DNA of 64,000 nt from Gnetum montanum (Eukaryota > Plantae > Gnetophyta): contig MNCI01002812.1 of NCBI GenBank assembly GCA_015680685.1, positions 121,991 to 185,990 of the forward strand, in the 5' to 3' direction. This document shows, piece after piece, positions 39,301 through 50,849 of the stretch (positions are counted from its first letter, which is position 1; each line of letters begins with the position of its first letter). Both the position numbers and the translations under genes were made by a program. The notes beneath the pieces were generated by a model. It saw only the letters and a list, made by a program, of their open reading frames with translations, ran no database searches and was not told the origin of the DNA.

Positions 39301-42300
39301 AATATCCTTTTACCATGCCTTTTTTAGAGGATCTTTAATACTTGGAGCCAACAACTTATATTGATGAGAGTCACCCCAATGAATGTATTGCCCTTCAACA
39401 TGCACATTCATTTTAAACTAAACTTCTTAAAACTTTGCCCTATTAGGTTAGCATACGTTATAGGAGGTGCATTGTAAAACAAAATATTATTGTAAAGGTA
39501 CTTGGCAAGCATCACTTGAAGCCATGGCTTGTCCTTAGTGTAAAGTTCCCAAATCAATTTACCAAACAATGCCAAATTGATGTGGTGAAGATGTCTAACA
39601 CTCAACCACCTTCTTAAATATGTTGTTAAGTCAAATCCCATTATATATTGTAAAAACTTCTACTCTTAGTATAAGACCAAAGAAATTGACACTCCACTTT
39701 TTTTCTAGGATATTCACAACTGCTTCTAGGGCTTTGTAGCAAGATAGGAAATAAAGGGGCATAACATGTAGCCAAATGATTCCAAAAATTGATTTTCATT
39801 TGTCCAATGAAGAGAAAACTGGTTAGATATTTGGTTGGCATATTATCTTCCTAACATTGCACTTGGGAGTAAAGAGCTTGAAAGCCTAGTTTGGGGTTCC
39901 AAAATTAAAAATTTTAAATTTAGGTAAAATTGATTTGTAGTATAGATGCACAAGCAAAAAATTAAAGTAATCATATGCATTTATGAGGATGGAATTAGTT
40001 CCTTGTAACAAAATAAAAGTATCATTTACAAATTGAGAATGAGTAAAGTTAGAGCAACCAAAAGTAGAGGTAGTTCCTTTGATAAGTTGTTGCTGTTTGT
40101 GTTTTCTAATAATAGCACCAAATATGGAGAGATTAAGTCTCCTTGTCATAGTTCATTTCTAGCCATAAAATCTCTCATGCATTGTCCATAGCCAAAATTG
40201 TGAGTTAGGTACCGTTATAGATGACTAAGCTTATGCAACCAATGATTTGGAAAAACAAACTTGACTAAGATTGTATCAAGATATTCCTAGGAAATTTTAT
40301 CATAGGTTTTGCTTATGTATAATTTCAAAGCAATGCTTCAATCTTTTGAAAGGTGAGATGAATGAAGATATCCTATGTAAGAAAAACCTAGTCTAAAATG
40401 TACATTCTAGCTAGCAACAAATCTAGCTTGTTTGGGTGCAATAGTGGAATAAAAAATTTTGCTAACTTTATTAGCCATTAATTTAGAGATAGTCTTATAC
40501 ATGGTTATGTATAAATTAGGATTATCACCTAGAACTTCAATGCTCATCTTACCAAGAAGATCTTGTTGGGGGGCGGGGGGGGGGGGTGTCGGTCACTAGA
40601 TGAGTAAAAGCATAACCTATTTGAGTGGTTACACCCAAGCTTGAACCTATGTCTTCCAACTTGAGAAACAAGCACCTTACCATTACTCTAAATGATGGTC
40701 CCTATGATTGTGTCTCTACTTAAGACTCTTTTCAATAGGGGTTTATATATAGTCAAATGAACATTAGGGGTGGAAATCAAATTTTATGTCGACTGAATAA
40801 GCTTTTGACTTGTATCTCTTGGTACCAATGCTTTCCTCTTGTAACTGCTCATCATTGGCCCACCCTATTGCATAATGAAGTCATGGGAACATTGTTGGAA
40901 TCAATTAAATAAATTGGGAAAAATTGTGTAGCACAAGTGGGCCAAATAGTTTTAGAGACTATCCAATTCAGTTTTCTTCAAATACTGAAAAAAATGTATC
41001 ATGCCATGATAACTTGGAGCAGGGAGAATCCTCTTAATTGGCATTAACAAAAGAAAGATTTATTTATGCAATTGGATGAGCTTCAACAAGAGATGGAAAT
41101 GATGGGGTTGGTTTCAATATTGTCGAGAACATGAATGCGAACTTTTTTAATCCCTAGAGAATACTCAGCAACAGGAACTCATTTTTTTGGAAGCAAAGAT
41201 CCAAAACAAAATTTCTGTTATAAGATGATGCTAGCACTTGTTTCTTCTCCTAGTATGTTTCAATTGGGCATGCCAAACCTAAGATTCCATAATTAGACTA
41301 GGCAAACAGAACAATCACTTCTATTCTTATTCAAATTTCAAATATTGCCTTGAATTTCTGCCAAGATCTTCTATTTAAAGGTTTAGAGGTTGCTCAAATG
41401 CTCCACAAGAATTGTTGAAAACCATGGATGCCAAACTTTCTGCTTAGGATCTTAACATCCTTAATACAATACAATCCTCTAAAGAAGTTTTGAACACAAT
41501 TCTCTAAAGAATTTTTGAACACAATTAAACTATGGCAAAAAAAAAAAGAAAGCCCTAGGTGCGGATGGTCTTACGATTGATTATTTTCAAAACTTTTTGG
41601 TATATTGTAGGGAAGGATATTTGTGATTTTGTGTTCAAATTTTGGATGGCTAATTGCTTTCTCAATGAAATGATAACATCCATAAAGTGAGAGTGGGCAA
41701 CCATATTGTAATACCCATTCATAGGGAGCAAGAGGTAGCACCCGAAGCCCCCCAAAAAGAAAGCTAGTTGAAAGAAGAAAANGAAAGCTAGCTGAAAGAA
41801 GAAAATGCCTAGGTGGCTTTCTTTCTACAACAATCAACTAACATTAACCTATAAAATTAAAACAAAATCAAAAACGCCTAGATCTAGCTCTAAAATAGGT
41901 CAATCAATATTAATTTTAAGAATTAAGATATAATTTTATAAAGAAATAGCCATAGTAAAATATTTATGCAAGATTCATTAGACTAAAAAAAAATCAAACT
42001 TTTTATTATTCAACCAAAAAAGAAATATCTAATCAGGATCCTTTACAGATTTGTAAACCAAAGAAATGACCACAAAAGCAGATAAATTAATAATCTCATA
42101 TTTGTTCAATCACATAATAATATTTTATAATTTATAGCAACACACAAAACAAGATCATTTAAATTTAAGTCTTGTAACCAGTTTACCATTAATCATTTAA
42201 TCAGGAAATTCATATGTTCAATAGTAGAGAATAAATAAATCTCAACCATAAATTAACATATTAGGTTTTCTCCCACTCCATCAACTTATAGAAAGATATC

Positions 42301-45300
42301 AAAATTAGACTTGAGAAGTTATAGGGAAAAAAAGTATAATTCAAGATTCAAATCCAAGATTTATGCATTCAAAGGGGGAGGGTTCATTAACCAAATTCCA
42401 ACCATAATCCAAAAATTCAACAATTTTAAAACATTCACAATTATTGATGGGCCCAATGATACTCTCGCTTTTTGCTGGTGGTACCAATCCTCATATCAGG
42501 GATCCTTGGCCTGTGTTGGCAATCTTTTGCCAAAAATGCTCCAAATCATTATGGGTGTTTCTAAATTGTTACAGAAACAACTCTCATCCAAGTCATTTAG
42601 GTGTGAGAGTGTAGAGGACAGGCAAAGAGATCCAAAAAAAGGTATTAAAGGTTTCAAAAATCTAAGCTTACAACAACAATCTTGATATTTTCATACAAGC
42701 ATTATGAAGGTGGTTAGACAAGCAAGAAGGGAGAAGTTTGAGAAAATCAGCTCTTGCTAGCCACTATCAAACATAACAAAGATGGATCATTTTACCTCCT
42801 TGCTTAGATATCTTGCTTACTAGGAGGAATTATCAGAATATTGGATTGCTATGTTGCACTTGTTTTCTTTCTCCTTGCTATCTCTTGTAGCAGCGACAAT
42901 CTTCTCTCCCTTCCTAGCCACACTCCTTGTTGTATCTCTCTTTTTTTTTGTTCTGCTTAGCTACTTTTGCTTTCTATCCTTTTTTTTCCTCTCCTCCTCT
43001 CCTTATTTGTAGGTGGAATAAGGGATAATGGATGGTTTCTTGTAATGGACTTCTTGGGAACTGTTCGTATTTTTTTCTTTCTTTTCAAAGTTCTCTCTCT
43101 CTCTCTCTCTTCAGTAATGAGTCATGAGTTCAATTCTCTTCATGATCACTATAAAAAAATTAATAAAATATATTCACAAGTTAATAAAATATGTATATTC
43201 ACAAGTTGTAGGTTCAATTTCTAAATCAACAATTTTCAATATTTCAAAATTCAGATTTTGCTAGATCTCAGGTTCAATTCCTCTTGATAATTACAAAACA
43301 TTCTAGCATAATATCTATCTCTTTATCATTCAGAATTGTCATAAGATGCAAGGAAAGAGTTTTCAAATAGATTCCTGATAAGGGTAGTTCAAGATACATA
43401 ATCAAATAAGGCACCTCCTTTTTCAAGTCATTAGCAATGTGAATTTTTCCATCATTTTACGAGCTTTGAAAGGTCATCATGTGACCTTTCTACAGCCATG
43501 GAGAGGGTATTTATAGTCTACTATTTTAAACTAAAAAGATCAATGCATCACATTTAGATAAAATAAAATATAAAGCTATAGTATTTGCACACAATATCTC
43601 TGATTCATGGGTCAGGTTTCTCCAACTTGATTCATAGGTTAAGTTCCTCAGTATGAACATTCTTTCGCATCTCAACATACCTATTTTAGCTCTTGCGGCA
43701 CACCTTTGAGTATTGTCCTCTATTTTTCTTTTGTTTCTCAGCATCTCTGTTGAAATATAGCAGAAAATATTTTGTTTTCCCATATATTTATTATTATTAT
43801 TAATTTAAAACATTCCCATCATGTATTTTAAAGCGTATTTCTTATGCATAAAGTATTTATACATACATAAAAAAAAATAGGTGAACAAATTTATTACTAT
43901 TCCAATTAGCCATTTCCACCACAATCCAAACAAAGCACACACACAAGTTGTCAACAAAACATGCACACAAACGCATAGAAAGACTATTACAATCATTAAT
44001 GCAAAAACTCAAAGAGAAGTGGTTTGTTACACGTATTCTAACATCTTCCAAGCTTTTTTATGGATCTCAATATAGAATTAAAATCCCCAACAAAAAAGAT
44101 TTGTTTTGTGATATGTTAAAATTTGAATGGAAAATGCTTCCAAAAAGCAACTTGATCCTGAACTTGGCATTTATCAAAATTGAATTAGGCAAACTTGAAA
44201 CTTTGATCGTAAGGGAATTAAACTAGGACCACAACAACAATATCGAAAAATCAGACTTCTAGATAATCCAAGAAAGAAAAAAAAGAACCAAAGAATGTAC
44301 AAAACAAAAACTGCATTGTGCAAGAATATGTTGAATTAGATTCACACTTTAAACATTATTCATTTTAGTGTCATGTATACAAAAAAAAAAAAGAGCACCT
44401 TTTCAAAGGACCACTAGGATCTGATAGTCTATTGGTGAAAGGGTATCAAAAACCCTTTCACATTCCAACTAAGAATCTTCATTTGGTGTAGGACGGACTC
44501 CTCCATGCCTTTTGTTGATAACATCTAAATATCTTAATGCCAATTGGAACTCGTTTTTTCCTTATATTGTGTAGTCTTTGGCCAATATTAACAACAAAAT
44601 TGGGAACTAAAGGGGCTTAAATTAAATTTAGTGGCAGAATGCAAAAATTGTAGTTGCAATCTATGGACATGTAGAGCTAGGATCTCAAGGAACAACCTCT
44701 TACGTCTTTGGATTAGGCTGTGACATTGATTTATCCTCATGTTACAACAATTGCAATACCTTCTTGAGCATTGATATAGTTGTCTTGAGGGATTCAATTG
44801 AGATTTCAAATTGGGTTTAATAATGACCTTGCTTTAGCCTCCATATCTTAGGCCCATAAGGAGTTTGACCTTGCTGAAAAGGAAACCACTGAACTCTATT
44901 CCACTAGAAGGAAATCGTTGCATTGTTAGTAGGTTTTTGATTTGTAAATATACAGGCTCTCCAAGTTTTGGATTTAGAAACAAAAACCCATGAAATGATT
45001 TTTGGTCCATCTAGAGGAACATGTAGACCAAGGGTATAAAAGTCAACCATGTACCTTACAATAGTCAATTTCTTTCAAAAGGTGGGCATAGACGTTTGTA
45101 GAGAAATAATAAAAAGTCCATATAATATATGTTAGTTGAAAGACTCTTACCTGCTATAATCTTGTCATTTTCTGCACTTGACCTTGATTCAATGGTTGAT
45201 CCATCCAAGAAATGATCACTTGCTCTTGCAAAATATTCCTTTGACCAAACATTTTCCATGGACCTTTTCCTTGATCTGTGTGCTAGCAATCTTCATCATT

Positions 45301-48260
45301 GAAAATTTCCTCCTTCTTGACCAGATTCATATCTTGTGCTATAGAATTTGCATTGAGAGTTTTAAAACCCTTGTGTACTTGCCCATATTGAGCAGAGTCT
45401 AATTTCAGCTCTACACTTTCAATGAAGCATTAATGATATCATTCTCAGTTATGTGGCATTTTCATTCATAATTCATCAATCTAACTTTCCTAAAAGAGAC
45501 ATGCATATAATTTTTAAGTCTAAGTCAACCACCTAGGGATGATAAATTGTATACCAATCCAACAGAGGATGTTTTTTCATATTTTACTGCCAAAGAAAAA
45601 TTACATTCTAATCTTCAAGTTTCTTTACTACCTCCTTTGTGTTCCAAAGACATGCTATTAAATAGTGGAACAATTTGAAGAGAACTGCAAATTAATCTTC
45701 CAACCATGGTAAGAAGCTTTCCTCACCAATAAGCTGATCTCAGCATCTTCTCCAAAATACTAATGCACAATTTTAACTTGTCTCTTTCCAACAATATAGG
45801 TATCTCCAAATATCTGCTTGGAAGAATGGCTCACTCACAATTTAAGACATTTGAAAGATTTTGCTCTATTATCTCTGAAATATGAAAAGGAAATAAAATG
45901 CTTTTGTCAAAACTAATTTTTAAATTGAATTATTGAGAAAAAATATCTATAAACTCTAACATTTTGAATGTATCTTTCTTCAGCTTCAAAGAAGATACAA
46001 GTGTCACCAACAAAATGCACACATGTAAAGCTAGGTAAACTATAAGCAAGTGTAATTCCTTTAATTCCTTCATTTCTAGTTTTCTCTTTGATCAAACATT
46101 TTAAAACTTCAATCACCATAATAAAAACAAGGAGCTTTATTGTTAAATAAAGGTGGACAAATTGAAGATGCTTTCAAATTACTTACAATCTTCTAGTCAT
46201 AGTAAGATGCTGACTATTGTCAGCTAACCTACCTTGAAGCTAATAACTTCTTGACGTCTATCAATTTCAACTTCTTGTCTCCCAAAGTGAACCAGCGGGT
46301 AACTGCTCCTGCTAATTGCTAAAGCGAAACCATAAGGCCCTTGATACTAACATTGGAGATGAAATCACCCTTTAGAATTCTTTTGTTTGATGAATAACCT
46401 TCTTAAATATGATTTATCTTATCATTCCTGATAATCATCCTGTGCTGTACTGTAACTTCCATTTTTATTGGCATGTTGTAGTTAGACATCATTTTGATCT
46501 TTGTGCTATTATTTGATCTCCATGTATCCTTTTGAGTGTTCTTTTGCATCATCCATGAGGTGCTTTCATGAGAACAAACAAGTGTAGAGAAGCCCTTGAA
46601 ATGAAAATCTATTTGAATAATGTTACTAAAGAATCAAGATTATTTTACCCCCTTAACTTGTTGGCTTATGTAAACAAAAATTTATGAATCTAGGGGCCTT
46701 CTTTGAAACTTTGTTTAATTTTATATTTATCTTTTATTACCTTTGTAGTATTTGGCAATACTTTAATTTTGTAAAATGTTACTTAGTATCTACTATGTTT
46801 ATTATTAATGATATCATAGCTAATTGCCTTATATGTAATAGTGAGTTCAAATTATAATATCATTATGCTAGTAGCTTCACTTGTTTGGTTTTTTTTACCC
46901 CTCTTTCTTAAACTAGTAGTTATTAGTCATATTTTTTTCTTCATATTTTCAAAACTTTATAAAAATAATATTATATTTTTCAGGTTAAAGATTATTTTAG
47001 TTGTCCTAAGATTAATTGTTATATTTTACAAATTAGTTCTGTATATATATTTTTTAAAATTTAACTTAAGATATAGCTCTTAAAAATATTCTTAGAGCTC
47101 GTTTCTGCATACATCTGTCTTTGCATACCTGTATTTTGTAGTCTACCACCTCGTTTTATCTCTGGTCTCCGCATTTGAGTTTTCATCTGACGGTTATTGC
47201 CTCATTGAATGCTTTTAATTGCCGTAAACCTTCACTGACCATAGAGTTTCAAGTCTTAACATATTAATATTCTATCCCAATTGAAATTCAACTCAAGAAT
47301 CACATATTTCATGGAATCCAAGAACAATGGTTTTTCAGAAGAGGTGATGCTCAATGGGCAATTTAAAAATGAAAAATGAAAGTTAATTGCTGTGCTTGCT
47401 GGTTGGTAAAATGTCAGTCATCAGTAGTCGAAATGATTTATCTCTGGTCTCTGCATTTGACCTTTTATGTGAAGGTTAATGCTCCATTGAATGCTTTTAA
47501 TTGCTGTAAACCTTCACCGTCCAAAGAGTTTTAAGGCTTAATATATTAGAATTCTATTCCAAGAAACTTTGAAATTGGTCTTCAAGAATCACATGTCATG
47601 GGATCCCTTAACAATGGTTATTCAGGAGAGGTGATGCTCACAAGACAATTTTAAAATGAAAAATGAAAGTTCAATTGCTGTGCTTGCTGGTTGGTAAAAT
47701 GGTCCTCAGTAATAGAAATGCTTGATATCGTTCTGTGCTGTGCTAACCAATGGGCTGGCAGGTATGTGACTTTGGCCTGTTGAAGGAATCAATTCTAGGC
47801 CGTGCCCCCTCAGGAGTTCGAGGAACAATTGGATATGTAGACCCAGCGTATGTGAAATCAAATGTTATGACTGATAAGAGTGACGTCTACAGCTTCGGCA
47901 TACTACTATTTGAGCTAATATCCGGCAGAAAGCCCCAACATGATTTGACTGATTGTATTAACAATGTAACAGATTCAACTCTCTTTTATAGTTTTATGTT
48001 CTAAGTTGTTATCGAGAATGATTCTATTGTGATATTGATTTTTGGGATCATGCATTCATGCGCAGGTTATGGTACAACACGCAAGCTGGTTGGATTTACT
48101 GGACATCAGACTTCAAGGGCACTGCAATGTAGTGGATTTGAATGCCATGGCATCTATCGCTCTTCAGTGCCTTCATGAGGATCCTTGCCAGAGGCCTAGC
48201 ATGAGGAAAATCAATATGGGATTATCAAGTTTAGGAACCAGCAAACCCAGGACATCCTGA
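27359..48260 (+). CDS. Calcium/calmodulin-regulated receptor-like kinase (CRLK1/CRLK2-like), 7 exons: 27359-27735, 28597-28750, 30746-30875, 30998-31080, 31226-31297, 47762-47965, 48066-48260; about 404 aa
   Basis: N-terminal TM helix (LVIGVAVGLAAVLFGSVIIFVLC), LRINGHDSSTELSDS (cf. CRLK IRxNGxDSxxxxSDS), GSGASGKVYKG, IAIK, LHHRNLVNLVGYC, DVARGIEYLH, HRDIKSSNILLD, DFGL, GTIGYVDPAY, KSDVYSFG, RPSM. GT..AG introns with matching phases, 1215 nt total. Confidence 0.9.
32108..32694 (+). repeat. Copia 5' LTR (587 bp)
   Basis: Direct repeat of 36769-37370. Confidence 0.95.
32722..36715 (+). pseudogene. Copia gag-pol polyprotein (gag, CCHC knuckle, protease, integrase, RT, RNase H) with stops at 33022 and 33394 and a frameshift near 36550
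   Basis: CWYCKKKGHLKKDC, WLIDSGASFH, WHRRLGH, TDNGGEY, ENGVAER, FKARLV, LYVDDML, and HAR/HIDVRFHFIR split between frames. Confidence 0.93.
36769..37370 (+). repeat. Copia 3' LTR (602 bp)
   Basis: Direct repeat of 32108-32694 with one extra TTTTCAGATCT-type unit. Confidence 0.95.
38274..39105 (-). mobile_element. Solo LTR of the Athila-like family, TSD CTTGG
   Basis: TGATGA...TCATCA, 832 bp, CTTGG at 38269-38273 and 39106-39110; homologous to 12978-13803 and 52577-53433. Confidence 0.92.
39150..40760 (-). mobile_element. Degenerate L1 LINE ORF2 (RT) fragment, possibly continuing left of the solo LTR
   Basis: Minus strand MYKTISKLMANK..Q (cf. YKIISKxLANRL), THSQFVNDTFILL (cf. SHLQFADD), NLALFGKLIWEL..KPWLQVMLAKY. 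Confidence 0.7.
40520..40702 (-). mobile_element. tRNA-derived SINE (Au-like), inserted in the L1 fragment
   Basis: Reverse complement gggaccatcattTAGAGTAATGGtaagg..aGGTTCAAGCttgggtgtaaccactcaa..cttttactcat..C-run..gagcattgaa; second copy at 49701. Confidence 0.7.
41000..41690 (+). mobile_element. Degenerate L1 LINE ORF2 fragment
   Basis: QELIFWKQRSKTKFLL*DDASTCFF (cf. WxQRSRxxWLxxGDxNTxFF) and KALGADGLTIDYFQ (cf. KAPGPDG..F+Q). Confidence 0.6.
44300..46130 (-). mobile_element. Degenerate L1 LINE ORF2 fragment
   Basis: Minus strand IKGITLAYSLPSFTCVHFVGDTCIFFEA (cf. I.GI......ISHLLFADD..IF) and RYLEIP (cf. KYLGLP). Boundaries approximate. Confidence 0.6.
47155..47720. repeat. Tandem duplication, about 282-bp unit, ending about 40 nt before kinase exon 6
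   Basis: tttatctctggtctc.gcatttga...aattgctgtgcttgctggttggtaaaatg..gaaatg starts at about 47155 and again at about 47437. Confidence 0.88.
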
Positions 48261-49479
48261 TTTGAGGCGAGTCATAAGTCTATTTGTTTTGAGCGTCCAG
48301 CCATTGGAAATCGATATCCTTTTTAACGTTGTCTCCTGTTTTTAAATGAAAGTAACTGCGTAACATTGAAATCAATACGAAGAAGATAAATATCATAACA
48401 TCAATTGAATTTTGTTGAAGGATCCAAATTCATTAGAAGTGGATTGGGACATTATTTTTTCATGGATGTAAAAACAAGAAAACTTGTTGATATGTCATGC
48501 ACACGTTCACATGTAAATCGATGTCAATGAGCGAGTTATATTTTTATTTTTCATTGAGATTTTGAACGTGTTTATACATATTAAAACATTTACACAAACA
48601 TAAAATAAAATTTGATGATGGAAAGGATGAGGCTATTCAACTTTGACTTCACTTATTTACACACGATTCTGGAATTTATTTTCTTCTTTCTTGACGTTGA
48701 TATTAAAGCTCTCTTAGGGTCACAATCATTGGACTAAGAAAAGTAAGGGTTAAGCCTCGTTTCAGTTTCTGCTTCAACTTGTTTTTTCTTATCCTGGGTC
48801 TTGGTTTAATTTTTCCCATCTTTAGCATATGTTTTTTGTCTGCTTTAACATGCTAGTTTATGGATTATACAAATGTCCTTTATAGTGACAAAAGCTATAG
48901 GTACCAGGAAGGTTTACAGGGAGTTGATTAAATCCATTGTGATCTCTCCATTGCTATCTCTCCTTATGTGTGTGTTTGTTCACCTTTTTAATGGTCCCAC
49001 CATTGCCTCGGATCATTGCACGAGCACTGTTACCCTAACAATGGTGGAAACAGATAACATTGTTTATATATATTTTTCAAAGAAAAAATTTTTGAATTCA
49101 TTTGTTGATCTTGCGGTTATGTTATTTACTTCGTATTCAAAGGTTTTCAGTTTAAACCTTTTTGTTAACATTATTTGATTCTAGATTAAAGCTTCCAATT
49201 CTTCCAAATTTTTTTCCTTTTAACTATAAAATCTTCCATTCTTTTTGTTGTAAATATAGCACCACCAAACTCTTCCTTTTATTTTTGACCATGTTGGAAA
49301 TACAATACGGCAACAAGTACACAGATTGCAGATATGAGAGCCGAAGCATTGCAAATCAGAGAATATAGTTGAGTGAGAGCTCACAAAAATTTATCATCCA
49401 TTAATTACAATGTTGAAGGTATTTTCCTCTCAAGTGTGTTTAAGGTATTTTCATCAACGCTATAGATACCATAATTGTA

Positions 49480-49588
49480 TTGGTGGATGAGCAGCCATTA
49501 CCTACCTAGGTAGCATTTATGATAATGTGGTCATTGGTGGATAAGCAATCATTACCTACCTAGGTAGCAGTTATGATGATGTGGTCAC
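49480..49588. repeat. Tandem duplication, about 54-bp unit containing the palindrome CTACCTAGGTAG
   Basis: ttggtggat.agca..cattacctacctaggtagca.ttatgat.atgtggtca occurs twice. Confidence 0.8.
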
Positions 49589-49700
49589 TCTCTTGCCAAG
49601 GGAGATTGCAAGGCAAATAAAATGCTCTAGATTTATAGCATGCAATTAGTTGAAAATTTGATTTAAAATTGTTTTTAAAATTATATGATGTGGAAATAAA

Positions 49701-49850
49701 GGGACCACCACTTGGAGTGATGGTAAAGTTCTTGTTTCTCAAGTTGTAAGACTTAGGTTTGAGCTTGGGTGTAGCCACTCAAAAGATATTAGGCTTTTAC
49801 TCATTTACCACCCCTCCCAAGTCTTTGCCTTGGCAATGGTGAGCATTGAA
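49701..49850 (+). mobile_element. tRNA-derived SINE (Au-like), second copy
   Basis: gggaccaccactTGGAGTGATGGtaaag..aGGTTTGAGCttgggtgtagccactcaa..cttttactcat matches the reverse complement of 40520-40702. Confidence 0.7.
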
Positions 49851-50750
49851 AGTTTCCAATACCTAACCATACAAGTCATATGCATACACACGTGATCAAA
49901 TTGTAATATGTGGATGGGACAATATGCATAGTAGTGTGTTCATAATGAGTTCATGATCATTATCTTCTTATTAGAGTTAATGAGGGCTAAAATATATGGT
50001 TTAACTCTTGGTAAGGCATATGAAGAGTTAAGGCATATGATTAATTGATGTTGATTGGCTTTTAATGTGCTAAGGTAAAATATAGTGAAGTGAATGTAAG
50101 TTTTATTAACTAGATAACAATGAAAATAGAGTACTAAACTAGCCTATGATGATAAGTATTTAGTCATGGCTTTCCATACATACCTTGGACTAGTATAATT
50201 GCTACTAAGATTATTAACTTACTACTAGGTGAACCAAGCAAAGTCACCACTAGGTTTCTAGATAATTATACATTTGCGCTCAAAACCTTATTCCTCCTAA
50301 TAACTAACATTGAAATTGTAAATGACATAAGAAATGTAAACGATAATGTGAAAGTAAATTATGTAGAAAGTAAATATATTCTAAGTGAAATGTTGCAATG
50401 ATGAAGAACAATCTTGATATTTATTGTCAAACATGAAGTGTGTCTAGGTACACTCCACTTGAACAAAGATATTGTACAACTATTTATTACCACACTATAG
50501 GTAATCATAAATAACCCTAAATTTGTGAAATAAAATTGCAAAGGTTCTACTACATGGTTGACCAAAAGGTTACTTTAACATGATAACAAGCTTGTATTTA
50601 TAGGCATGACCATGAGACTACATCGTATTTATGATATTGTAGATAGAGCTATAATATCGCAACTATGACATTATAAGTACAATATCATAGGTATTGCATA
50701 AACCATAGTTTGTCATACCCCAACGATTGACTAGAAACTTGTCTTAACTT
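49850..50750 (-). mobile_element. Old degenerate Athila-family 3' LTR with adjacent PPT region
   Basis: tgtca|taccccaacgattgactagaaacttgtc at 50711-50745 mirrors ttatca|tacccccatgattgaatgaaaacttgtc at 53428-53461. Decayed GATATC repeats and a TATA (gtatttatagg) are present; the left end resembles the LTR start. Confidence 0.6.
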
Positions 50751-50849
50751 AAAACAAAAGGAAGAAGTTTATTTGTGGATAAAGAGATAAGAAGTTTGTT
50801 TATTAAACAAATCAAGTTGGAAGAGTTGTTTGAGGATTTTGCAAACAAT

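Noticed and set aside
41758-41806. Short direct repeat gaaagctag.tgaaagaagaaaa
   Set aside because: It straddles a single N, so it is probably a contig-overlap duplication.
46230-46400. Minus-strand exon-like fragment (GPYGFALAISRSSYPLVHFGRQEVEIDRRQEVISFK followed by GT)
   Set aside because: Short, interrupted by upstream stops and not assignable to any family by eye.
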